Origin: Torpedo marmorata
Taxonomy: Eukaryota
Length of the DNA stretch: 64,000 bases
Assembly: GCA_977017645.1 (NCBI GenBank)
Contig: OZ360237.1
Span: forward strand, 8,370,001 to 8,434,000
Direction of reading: 5' to 3'
Every line of letters begins with the position of its first letter. Positions within the stretch are counted from its first letter, which is position 1. Under the pieces are notes generated by a model. That model worked only from the letters and a program-made list of their open reading frames with translations, was not told the origin of the DNA and did not search any database. Position numbers and translations under genes: made by a program. Below are positions 23,044-34,262 of the stretch, in pieces.

Positions 23044-26000
23044 CTAAAAACGACAAAAACGAGTGTTCTTGTAAACTGGTCTGTCTCTGTGCTGTCTTTG
23101 CCTTGTACCGAGCCTAAGTAAACTAGATTTTATTCCCATTTCCTGTATTTAATTGAGAGTACAGCTACATCCAGATGGATGTTCTGGTGAAACTTGACGA
23201 TCTGGATTTCTATAAGCACTGTGTATATTTTAAAGGAATACCGGGATTGGAAGAACTGCGCTTGATATCTGTTAGGAGAGCTTTTCATATAGCACTTTAA
23301 GTTTTACTTGTTTCATAGACATATTTATTCCCGAATTTTAAAAAAAGTTAGTAACTTTATTTTCTCATTCTTGCAAATCATGTCTGGTTTATTTCACTGC
23401 TGACAGTTGTGTCTTGTCAGTAAAAGTAAGACGAGCGGAGATTATTTTCCACCTTCAGCTTCCATTCTGTATTACTCTAGTTCCAATGAATTGGTTCAAT
23501 AAAACTGACAATCAGCCTTCCTTTTCCACGATCAGATTTGTTTTAATTCATTTTCTAATCAGTTTTTTTTCCCAAGTGGAAATATTATTGACCAAGAGTT
23601 TGCTCGTAAAGTGGACTGTGTTGAATCCCTTGCAGCCAATGCACAGTTTGATTTAATTATTCATTTTTTTTGGTGCAAGATGGTGACGCGTGTGTTATAG
23701 AACAAAGGGAATGTGAAAATGAAAGGCAGAGATTGGGGTGGGGGATGGTGGAGAGGGGGAGCTGACGCTGAAAATCAGCTGGTAAAGGTAAACCTCCATC
23801 CTGTCAGTGCCACTCCTCTCACACCGGCCTGGATGACTCTTCCATTAACACAAACTGCATTTCCAACAGCATCCAGCCCTCCTCATTCCTTGTAAGTACA
23901 GCCATCCTATTAATAGCATGCCAATGTTATTTACAGTATTGTGTAGCTGTGTCTGGTGTCATCATAGTCACACCACCACCGAAGAGGCAACGGTGAAACT
24001 TTTATTTTCACTTTTTTAATTGTGCACCATCTATAAAAATATTAAGATTCTTAGCTTGTGTGGGCGAGTAGCATGTACAGTCCAAGATAAACCTTATTTT
24101 GCGCGCTGTTTTGTTTAAATTCTTTTGTGTTTCTTTTTTTGTAATGAGCTTGCGGTCAGTTGCTTACAGAAATAATTTGTTTTACTGCTTGAATATAATT
24201 TAATTTAATTCTACGACTTGCTGAGTAATGTTTGCTCTCTCTCAATTATACATTGAGGTTGCTGTCATGTTGTAAAAAGGCAAACAATGATTCATAACTG
24301 TTAACCTGAGTGCTCACTTTATCTGAGCCCCCGACTCTCTGTGTCAGGGGCCGAATATATTTAATGAACACCCAGAGGTAAGTTTCTTCAACTTAAATAT
24401 AGATTGTTTTTAAATGTAAGAATTTGTATCAGGTTCCTTACGGTACTCGACAACAACTCTCTGGGTAACTTTCACCCACACCTTTCCGCTTCTCGTCACA
24501 TTCCTACACAGGTCCCACGCCCTGCATCTTTACTAATCCCAGTTGAGTCAAACAAGCCGTGGAATCCTTCTTAATGTGGATTGTTAAAAATACCTATGAT
24601 AAATGTGACGGGGGAGGGGCGGTCAAATGTTAATGTAGTAGTTGTGTTTGGAAGAGGTGGGCGAGCGGGATCGATTTCATCCACTTTATCGCTAACAGCA
24701 GCGCATCACTGGCATGGTCAACAAAGGTTGGTCATATTTAATAAGCCACGCTGCGATAAAAAAACAAAACCATATGAGACATCGGACTGAGGTGGAATCA
24801 TTTCTTCTGTTCGAAGTAGGATTAACTTTTTCGGATGTAAAAAAGAGCTTTCTCGACGTTTGTTTATGAACCGATTTTTAACCGATTTGTACTATTTTAA
24901 ATGACATCGGTTACAACAGTCTGCTTCTCAACGCACGCTTTGTCACTTTGTTAAAGTTTAAGCCGTTTGTTCTCTTGCGCCTGTCACACTACCCTCGCGG
25001 ATAGAAACACAGTCGAGCGTTCAAGCACAACACACGCACACTCGCATACCTGGAAGTGCCTACTGGGAACCGTACGGTGCGCCAGGTCCCCTGGTTGAGT
25101 GACCTGAACACGGGTTCCTGAGTATTGCCGCCAAGTAAAAGTTTCTGATAAAACGTCCAGACTCTCCCAAACTGCCTTTTGCGGAGCAGAGCAACAGAAC
25201 GGCTCGGAACTGCTCCGGATTGGTCGTTGCGCAGGACTCAACAATGTGCAATTGCGGAAATTTCACTTTCACCCAGTAAATCGGGGAGTTTGATAAGGGA
25301 GTGGGTGGAAATCAATCAGTTTTGACTCTATCAATAATCCTGATATCATTGTTTTTTTTGTTGTGTGTCCATTTTGCTGCGCTCCTTGATTTTATTCAGT
25401 ATTCACCTATTCCTAATCCTGTACGATGGTGCTGAAGACATGCCTCCCCCTGTAATGTTAGGAGACGCCAAAAGTCAACCAACACTGCGGAATTGAGCTG
25501 ATTTGTATCCATTTCCGCAGATTGTGGCGGCTGTTTCATTTAAACATAAAAAAAGTTGACATACAGGTCGCCTCTGTGAAGGAGAAGGAGAGAGACGATA
25601 GCCCCTCGAACAACTTCCCATCCCCATAAAGCACAGTTTACACCCCCCCCCTCTCTCTCTCTCTCCCATTCTGCCCCGAACCAGGGTTGTCGTATCATTC
25701 TGATGCGAGGTGACAGACCTCAAATGCCGGGAATTCACTTACAAGCTGCGCTTCCAACAAAGGTCGATTGTACTTGCTCCAACCTGTTGTTTGTATTTCC
25801 GTTTCTGGAATTAAAGAAGAATCCGCTAACATACAACGACCAACGTTCTTAGATTGCTCGATGAGTATTCACAAAAGAGAACAGTCTCTCTCTGTGTAAT
25901 CAGCCTGCTTCATACTCGTTACGTTTGAGCGTTATTCTCCCTCAGTAGTTCCACTTAGCTAGAACTTCATCGAAACGCAAAATGACTGGCGGGAAAGTGA

Positions 26001-28516
26001 CTTAATTTTAGAATACTTGACACGCTCCCAGTTGCAATATTTAAGTGTAATGTTTTTTTTTATATTGTTGGCTATATTTTGCCCCTCTGAACTTACTACC
26101 AGCTGAACGGCATCTTAATAGGAGCGACTTTAGGGGTAGAAACTCCCGTTTGACAAGGTAACGATGGACGACGGTTTATACGGACAGAACAGCCAGGTCT
26201 GGGTTAATTTGATTGACGAGTTTGCATTGAAGTTGTTTCAATGGATAAAGAAGCACCCGTGTGTATCGTCCTGGCTCTCGACTGCGTGTACTCCTTAGTC
26301 ACATTTCATTACATGTTGGATCTATGCTTAATGCACACGATGAATGCTATTATGAAAATAATATCAGTCAAGGGAAGATCTCTTACTTGTTTAAAATTGC
26401 AATATAGTTTCCAGAATCGGTAGATATGTTGCTTGCAATAATCCCTTTAAGTTCGAGACGCACTAAACCTTAAAATAAAATAAAGTTCTCCACTGCATGA
26501 AGTGATAAAGTTCATGTGCATGAACCCGGAGTATAGCAGCCTTCGTCCGTATATGCCGGGTTAAGATTACGATCAAGATATTGCTGTTAAACAGCAATCT
26601 TGGAAATACACAATCTGCAGAACGATTCGCGCAGGGTTACATTTTAATCAATGTGATACTAATAACATGTGTGTAATATTCACCACCGTGGGTCAGGAGG
26701 TGTACCTGTATCTGAGTTGCATTCTGCATGCGGGTAATGCAATTATGAAATGAGCGATAAGCAGATTACTGACCGGCGTGCTAATTTTCGTGACGGTACC
26801 TGTTACGCGGTCACCAGCTTCCTTTCTTTTTCAATTTGCCTGACAATAAAATAAGATGATTCAGTGAACACTTACCAACAATAGATAAAGTTTTTTTTTG
26901 TAATTCGGGACTATTTTAACGGAGAGCTGGAAGTTTATCTGATTTGATAACAGCTGGCGAGCAAGGGTGAGACGGGGTCATTTTGCTGCGTTTCAACACT
27001 GCGCGTGCAATAAATGTCTGAAATCAAAGCATTGCTACTTCAAATGCGATTTCGGTAAGGGGTGAAGAGGGAAGTGTTGCTGGATAAACATATAACCTAT
27101 ATACCCTTATAGTTGCTGCATTATAATACAATACGGATTGATTACATGTCAGTTTCATTCCTGTTGCCGATGATTCCAGGTACAACGATCTATTACATTA
27201 TACATCATCTTCATACCGGCTGACATAAATAGATTTTACTTCAGTTTTGTGACCAGATTGAGCAGCGAAGTTTCAGATTTAAAAAAAAGGTTGTAAATCT
27301 GGTACTTGATGCTAAGGGCGCAAGTTCAGCCCGAGAAAGATGGTTCAGCGTAGCTGAAAAAAGAGGGTGCCCGATGGCCGTGTTCCCTTAAATATAATTA
27401 ATATTACATTCAGGAAAGGATAATTGGCTTATAATATACTGATTATAACATCTCTAAAAAAAAGTGGCAGCTAAAGGGTTAATGTGTAACCGAGTTGCAC
27501 AGTATCAGTAAATATGTAACACACCAGATGATCTCAGTGTTAGCTTTCTCAGGCATGCTCTGCGATCTGAACAACAGCTCCGGCAAACGCCGTTCCCTCA
27601 TAAATCCAATCAATTATACTCAATGGTCTAATCGCAGCCGCGGAGATCGACCCAGTCGCGCTCTCTCCAATGGTTATCACTTTCCGGAAAAAAAAACATG
27701 ATAGGTATCGGAGATCAGTCCGTTTTGTTTTACCGGAGGCCAGCATGTTTATAATGCGGCGGTTTCTTTAATTAAAAAAAAAAGCTTTTTTGAAACAAAA
27801 AAAAAGTTCAGGAACATTGTCGCGGAAATTGGCAGATTTTCTGAAATGCGTGGGAACGGTAGAAGCTGTGGTCTGTGTGCGGATCGGAGAGAGAACGAGG
27901 GGAAGTTGGGTTTCTTTCGGTTTTGATGTTACATTAGTTCACATTTGCGAAGTTGAGCAATCTCTGACCAGCGTGTGGATGTTAATCGCTGGCTGCGCTG
28001 TATGTAGCATGAGTTGGCCCGGTGGCTTCCCCTCTTGCCTCAGCCCCTCACTCTCTCCTCTCTCTCTCTGTCGCGCTGGTCTTGGGAGCAGCAGACAGCA
28101 AGGCTGCTTGCGAGGGGGGAGCCATAAGATCAATGCCCTGGCCATTCACTTTCTGATGTTGCACGACGGGAAATGCTTTGAATACTTGCGACATGGCCGC
28201 TGGAATTGATCGCCAAGATTGACAGCACTAACCATCGCCTTCACTTGTTCCACAGAGAATAGCAATATTATTTTTCGGCAGCCCATCGGCAACTTCTGCC
28301 AGCGATTCGGACACCCCCACCCCCATCAGCTCCCTCTCCATGGCCCGGGTACGCTCCAGTTGACTTTAAGCTCTTCGTTTCAGCTCTTTTGTTTTTTTTT
28401 AATACATAACGATTGTTTTAAAATTGTAAAACGATTTGACACATCTAACGACACGGATAGCACGGAGCTGCTTCTCGCCAGACTGGCGTCTAAGGTAACC
28501 GGGCAAAACCCTTATG

Positions 28517-28599
28517 GTGTGTGTGTGTGCGTGTGCGTGTGTGTGTGTGTGTGCGTGTGTGTGTGCGTGTGTGTGTGTGTGTGTGTGTGCGTGTGTGCG
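28517..28599 (+). repeat. (GT)n/(GC) compound microsatellite
   Basis: Seen directly; lies just after the donor-like site AAG|GTAACC at 28494. Confidence 0.95.
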
Positions 28600-30198
28600 T
28601 TGATTGTTGTGTCTACGGTCCTTTGCTTGTGAGCATTTCTACGGATTTCTTCTTCAGTGTTGTGCTGTGGCTGGAGAATGATTTTTTTTTTCTCTCTCTC
28701 TCCGTTGTTGCGATCTGGTTAGGGTCAGTTTGTGCGGAAAGGACAGCGCGCCTAGAGGTTGTTCTGCAAATAAACCGCCCCCCCCACCCCCCCCCCCAAC
28801 TTCATTTAGTCATCTATAATGTAAAAAATCCTTGCGAGTTATTGCAAACTGAAATCTTTCTGCTCCCCACACATACATGAATGAAGTCTCCCCTCCCTCC
28901 CGAGCAACCCCTATTCTTTCCTTCCGCGATTTGCTCTTTACGCCAAACCGCTTTGGAAAGCGAACATCCCGTACGCTGGGAATCAGAGTTTTACAAAGCA
29001 ATCAAGGGGGTGGGAAGGAGGAAGGAATTCAGACCTCGGCGTTTCCGAATACAAGTGGGGAGGTGCGATTTTAGGAGAAGCTGTGATTTCGTTTTGAAAA
29101 CAATAAAGTGTCGCCACACCTTGGATTAAGAACGTGAAGTTTAGTTTGTACTGCACTGGTCATTCGTGCAGTATCGAAACAATTAGCAACAGTTCCCTCA
29201 TACAGACAGGCGGCAATTTCGACTCTGTCCACACAGCGGTACTAGATGTTAAGTACCGCCTGTGGAAAGCGTCTGATTATAGAATTATAAAGTTGCAATC
29301 TGGACGTTTAAGATGCTGTCTGATGTTTATTTCAAACTGTTTTAAAGAAGTTTTAAACCCCGGCACTTCTTGTTATTTCACCCATTTCCTCCTTTGTCTG
29401 AGATAATCTCTTTTTTACTTAGTTCTACTGGGGAGGGTCATGCAGATTGACCTGAGAGAAATGCACAAGCACGTAAATTAAAATAAAACAGGCATCCAAA
29501 GACCGACCCATAAGGAGACAATTCCCCACCTTTCTTTATAGCAAGCTTCCTTGGCGCGATCACACACTTGTGTCAACTACAGAGGCCAAACGTGAGTCAT
29601 AAACTTTACTTTGAAACACCACTGATAACGTTATTTTCGAACAGTAATGAAATGCTGTACAGCACGATTTATTCCCGAACTATATGGATATCGATTAGAT
29701 AACAATAACTGTATTGTTTACAAAGTTTAATGCAATTTTATATTAGTACACCCAATTCTTTATTCGAAAAGTCAGAAATATTTATGTTTTGTTTGGCGTG
29801 GATCTCAATATTGCATTTAGTTTTTAAATTTAATATTGAGTACATTAACACAGTTTCTTAACAAATACGCACTTCATTAAAGTAACTTGGGGCATTTCTT
29901 TCTGTGGCCGCGTCGGTGACGTGTTGTTTGTAATCCGATAAGTGTATCTATTTTCTGTGAAATATTGCAATAACTGTTCCACCCATTGCGTGAAAGAAGG
30001 AAAGCGTTAAATGGTATCTCTAAATGGGACATTGTCTGTTTACCAGTCAGAAGCTCCGATGTTATCGATCTGATAGGTGACCTTCCTTTATCCACACTTT
30101 CTCGGGTGCAGAAGGAGAACGAGGGAGAAAATTGAAGAGACAATTATCGTTGTGCCTGTTACGGTTTTCCCTTGGTGACGGGAAGGTGGGGGCGGTGT

Positions 30199-30223
30199 AG
30201 AGAGAGAGAGAGAGAGAGAGAGA
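30199..30223 (+). repeat. (AG)n microsatellite
   Basis: Seen directly. Confidence 0.9.
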
Positions 30224-33200
30224 CTGTGAAAGTTGTATGGGGAGAAGAGATTAGCTCTTTCTGACATTTGGGTCAGGGGTGTTTCCCAAAATACTGAGTC
30301 AAAACTTTCACCAGAAAAAAAAGAACGCATGTTGAGCGCAGATAAGCAGCATGTTTAACCACATCACATCTGTTTAATATAAGGTTTTTGGAAGTCATTT
30401 GCAACATTACATCTCTCATTTTTGGGCATGACGCACATATCACTTTCAGAATTGATGCTAAAATGCTCAAGAATTGTCATCTTTTACTAATTTTAAAATG
30501 TTGTCATGAAAACGGTCTGCGTGGCTCAGTTACACCTTCCTGTACATAGTTTAAATGTACATTCTTTTCTCTTTGTGATGTGCATGTGTAATTCATAAAT
30601 AGGCATAAATAAATGGGAAACCGAAAGGTAACCATCTCGATCATGTTCTCTGATGAACTGATAACTGAATTGAAACTGTATACAACTGTATTAGACATTT
30701 CACCGAATAGACACACGTAGGCAACACAGATTTCATTTTTTTTTCTACTGTTGACCAATCTTTAGACCAATCGATCATTTATTCTGAATAATCCATGTAT
30801 TATGAGTCTCGCAGGAAAATATTTTCATGGCGTAAAACAATCCTTTTATGTTAACAACAGTCCTTAAAAGCTAAGTGAGTTGTGTATGATTTCATGTGAT
30901 TTATCTGTTCAACAAACGATCGCCAGTATAGATTTTATTGAACGTTATGTTATTTAGACGCACTTCATTTAATAACCATTATTCGTTATACATAATGCAA
31001 CTAATGCTGTAAGACTGTTTGTAAAACAATACCCTGTGTTCGGGAAAAGTTGATCTGCTAATGGCATTTTGTTTTGAACAGCTGTCTGACTTGTTGCTTG
31101 CTGTTAAAGTAACTTCCCTCATAAGGTATGGTGGCACTGAAGCTGAAAGGAGGGGTCCAAATGGCACATTTATAATTAGATTGCAAATTCAGCAGATTGT
31201 GCCCATACTACTGAGTTAAACTGCAATGTCTGGGATCTCAATAGAGGCGTCTTGAAGAGAGTCTCCACTGAGTCTTGGGTTATTCTCTTTTCACATTCTT
31301 CAACCTCTACAGCCGTGAACAGCAGGGACACTTGATTAAGGCCGTATATATTTCACATAATAAACACCTAGCGAGGAGCTACAAGGCTAACGTTTGGAGT
31401 CAACAGCAGGGGTGTGATATTTAAATTGTTGACAGATATAGACGTTGTAACCGCGATATGCCACTAGTTTAGTTCATATTTTATATCTCATAGTATAATT
31501 CAATATAAGGATTCAGCAAATTCTGACATTTTTTGAAATGCATGTCACTACTTTATAGTACATTTGCAGTAGTTTATAATCTGACATTTTTTTGTGACCG
31601 GGAATAGATACGGGATATTAAAATAGCAAATACATTTGCATGCAAAGTTAGACAATAGTAGCAAAGAGATTCAGGAACATCCGCTAAACTAAAACAAAGA
31701 ACTATTTTGGAATAATTTTACTTCTCCTCGTGGACTATTCCGTTTATTGATTGCTGCTGACTGGCTACCGGATTGTTCAATCAAAGCAATTTTTAAAGCA
31801 ATAATCTGGTTTCCCATGTCATTTTAACATGTTTCTTCAGATTAGTTATTTGACCTGTGATCATTTGCAAATCAACCTAAGATTCAGTATCGTTTACACT
31901 CCAACCTTCAACCAAACTACAGTCGTCACATATTCACAACAATAAGCAGAACGCATTTGGAATGAGTTAAACTACAACGACATCATTATTGTTTGCCCAA
32001 GAAACACATCTAATTTAAAGCACAAATTGAACTTAATGAGAATATGAATCAAAGGCAAAATTGGAACGGGATCACCAGTAACTTGCAATTCAACATCCTA
32101 GCCATTTTTTCCACGAAATTAAATTCTGAATGATTTAAAGGTAATGGGAACTAAATGGACAACACCTTTCTGAAGTTTAAGTAAAAATCAAAATTCTAAA
32201 GACTTTTTAACAAGCAGAACATAAAATAAATTATCGATTTAATCATCTGTAGGCTTGTCGTTTGATGTCACCCAATTGCGCAGAGACCCTGGAATTAAGG
32301 ATGAAAATGTGCATTTACTAAAACTTGCGACTGAAAAAAAAACGTGGACCATCTTGTTGAGCTCTAGCTAATAGCTTGATTAGTTATTACAATTGGAGGT
32401 AAATACTTTTGCTGACTGGTGCAAGGCGAAAGTTTCACTTGATTAAATTAAGACGCATTCAAATAATTAATGTCATGTGATAGAGATGTTAGAAGCTACT
32501 AAAGCAAATTATATAACTTGTACATTTATTTTGCGGGGTTCGGGGAAAATGGTTGTTTAAAGTTGAATTCAAATGTTGCTTTTGGGCTGAACGCTTCAGC
32601 TCCCTGATGCACGCCAGCATTTCTAGGGTTAATTGACTTTTTGCATTGCGCAAACACATCAGCACGGACATAATCCCGGCTATTGTAGGTTCATTTTTAC
32701 TCCAGTTATTTCAGGTCAGACTAATAGGTTTGAAAGTTGCTTTTGCGGTGTTTGCTTTGAAAATATTTTTGTAGTTTGAAATATTTCACCTGAGATATAC
32801 AATCGGAGTCTATATTTGTTCCAATCGCCTCCTTTCTACCATCCCACCTCCTCCAGATTCCATCCCGGAGCGCAGATGGTCCCCCACCCCCCCCCCTCAA
32901 AACAAACTCGAAACTCCAGATATCACGGGTACGCAGGTTAAATATTGCAGGTGTTGGAGACTCCGTTCATGTTCCCCTGAGAAGCAAGTGTCCCCGCCTT
33001 GGTGTCTCCTGGGCGCTTTTATATGGGGTGTCCGTTCAAACATTGCTTGGACTTATCCTTCACGCTTGGAACGGACAGAAAATCTGTACAGGGAAAGGAA
33101 GGAGAAAGCCGGAGAGAGGAGGAGGGGTGGGGGGGGGGGGGTGTGGTGGGGAGCAGGAAGCAAAAGGGAGCAGAGGATTAAAAAGAGAGAGATAACAACA

Positions 33201-34167
33201 TATTAGTGATAGGAAGCAGAACATGAAAGAGGCCCGGGAGCAAATCTTCACGAATGTTAAAATAAAAGAGCAGAGTACTGCGCTGTGGAAACAAATGATT
33301 CAGAAAACACTTCTACTTGACATAAACATTTCAGTTGTAATGGAAAGGGAACTGTGAAAAGATTGAAAGGAGATTGCCAGCGACCGGGATAAGAGTGTGG
33401 GCTGTCAGACAGGGTTAAGGTCGAGGCTTGCTGACAGAGGCTCAGATTACCCATCACAGCGGGCACAAGTCAAAGCAGCAGAGCGAGTGGGTCTGAAAGG
33501 ACATTGTGGTGCTGGGGCTATTGAATTCAAGCTAATGTAGTTCACTGCAATTTAGCCCTGGAAGATCCGAGAGGCGAACATCCAACGCAAATAAGCGCAA
33601 CCATATACACTTCACGCAATACTGGATTGAATACCCACTCGAATATTTACGAATACCCACACCAGTTTCTCCATTGGAGAAATATATGGCATTCTTGGAT
33701 GATTAATTTAACAAGCACCGTTGTGTAGTGCTTTTGTGTGTGATTTTGTTCGCGAAGCAGCTCGAAGTTAGTGGATCTTTGGCGATTTCTCCCTCTAGGC
33801 TTGCCGATCGCCCAGATGAGATTTTTGCAAGATTCGTTCTTCTGCAAACGGTTCCAGCCACAAGATCCGTTCATTCGGCAGAGCCCGGAATCCGAGGCAT
33901 CATCATCAGCAGTTGCAGTAGAACCAGAAAAAGTGCTCTCCAACTGCCCGTGTGTTAGGGAGAGAGTCAAGGGAACTCTACGCAGGTCATAAAGTTTGAT
34001 AAAGTACACATACGGCATTGCCGTGAATTCAAACTAACCATGTCCAAAAGGCAAACATTTTGGAGTTTTCAACAATGTATTTGGAAACGTATGCCAATAG
34101 AGCAGATAAATAGGAACAATTCTTACTGAGAAAACAAAAGAGGTAGTTGATTGTCAGTATGTGATGT

Positions 34168-34262
34168 AAAAAACACAAATTCTGGAGAAACTCAGCAGGT
34201 CAAACAGTGTCTTTTATGTAGCAAAGGTAGAAATACAGAACCGACGTTTCGGGCTTGAGCCC
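34168..34262 (-). mobile_element. 95-bp Penelope-type 3' fragment with 15-bp TSD
   Basis: Flanked by GTCAGTATGTGATGT (34153-34167) and GTCAGTATGGGATGT (34263-34277). Minus strand reads GGGCTCAAGCCCGAAACGTC...GACCTGCTGAGTTTCTCCAG...TTTTT. Confidence 0.75.

Larger units (their letters stand above)
20300..34150. promoter_or_regulatory. CpG-retaining domain lacking recognisable TEs (putative non-methylated promoter/regulatory region)
   Basis: Hand count of about 21 CpG in 24961-25260 versus about 1 in 35401-35700. No recognisable SINE, LINE or MITE over about 14 kb, whereas both flanks contain many. Boundaries approximate. Confidence 0.7.

Noticed and set aside
28219-28880. ORFs with VCVCVC runs
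   Set aside because: Produced by the (GT)n microsatellite.
32657-32672. REST/RE1-like TCAGCACGGACA
   Set aside because: Half-sites are spaced 3 bp too close and the right half is incomplete.
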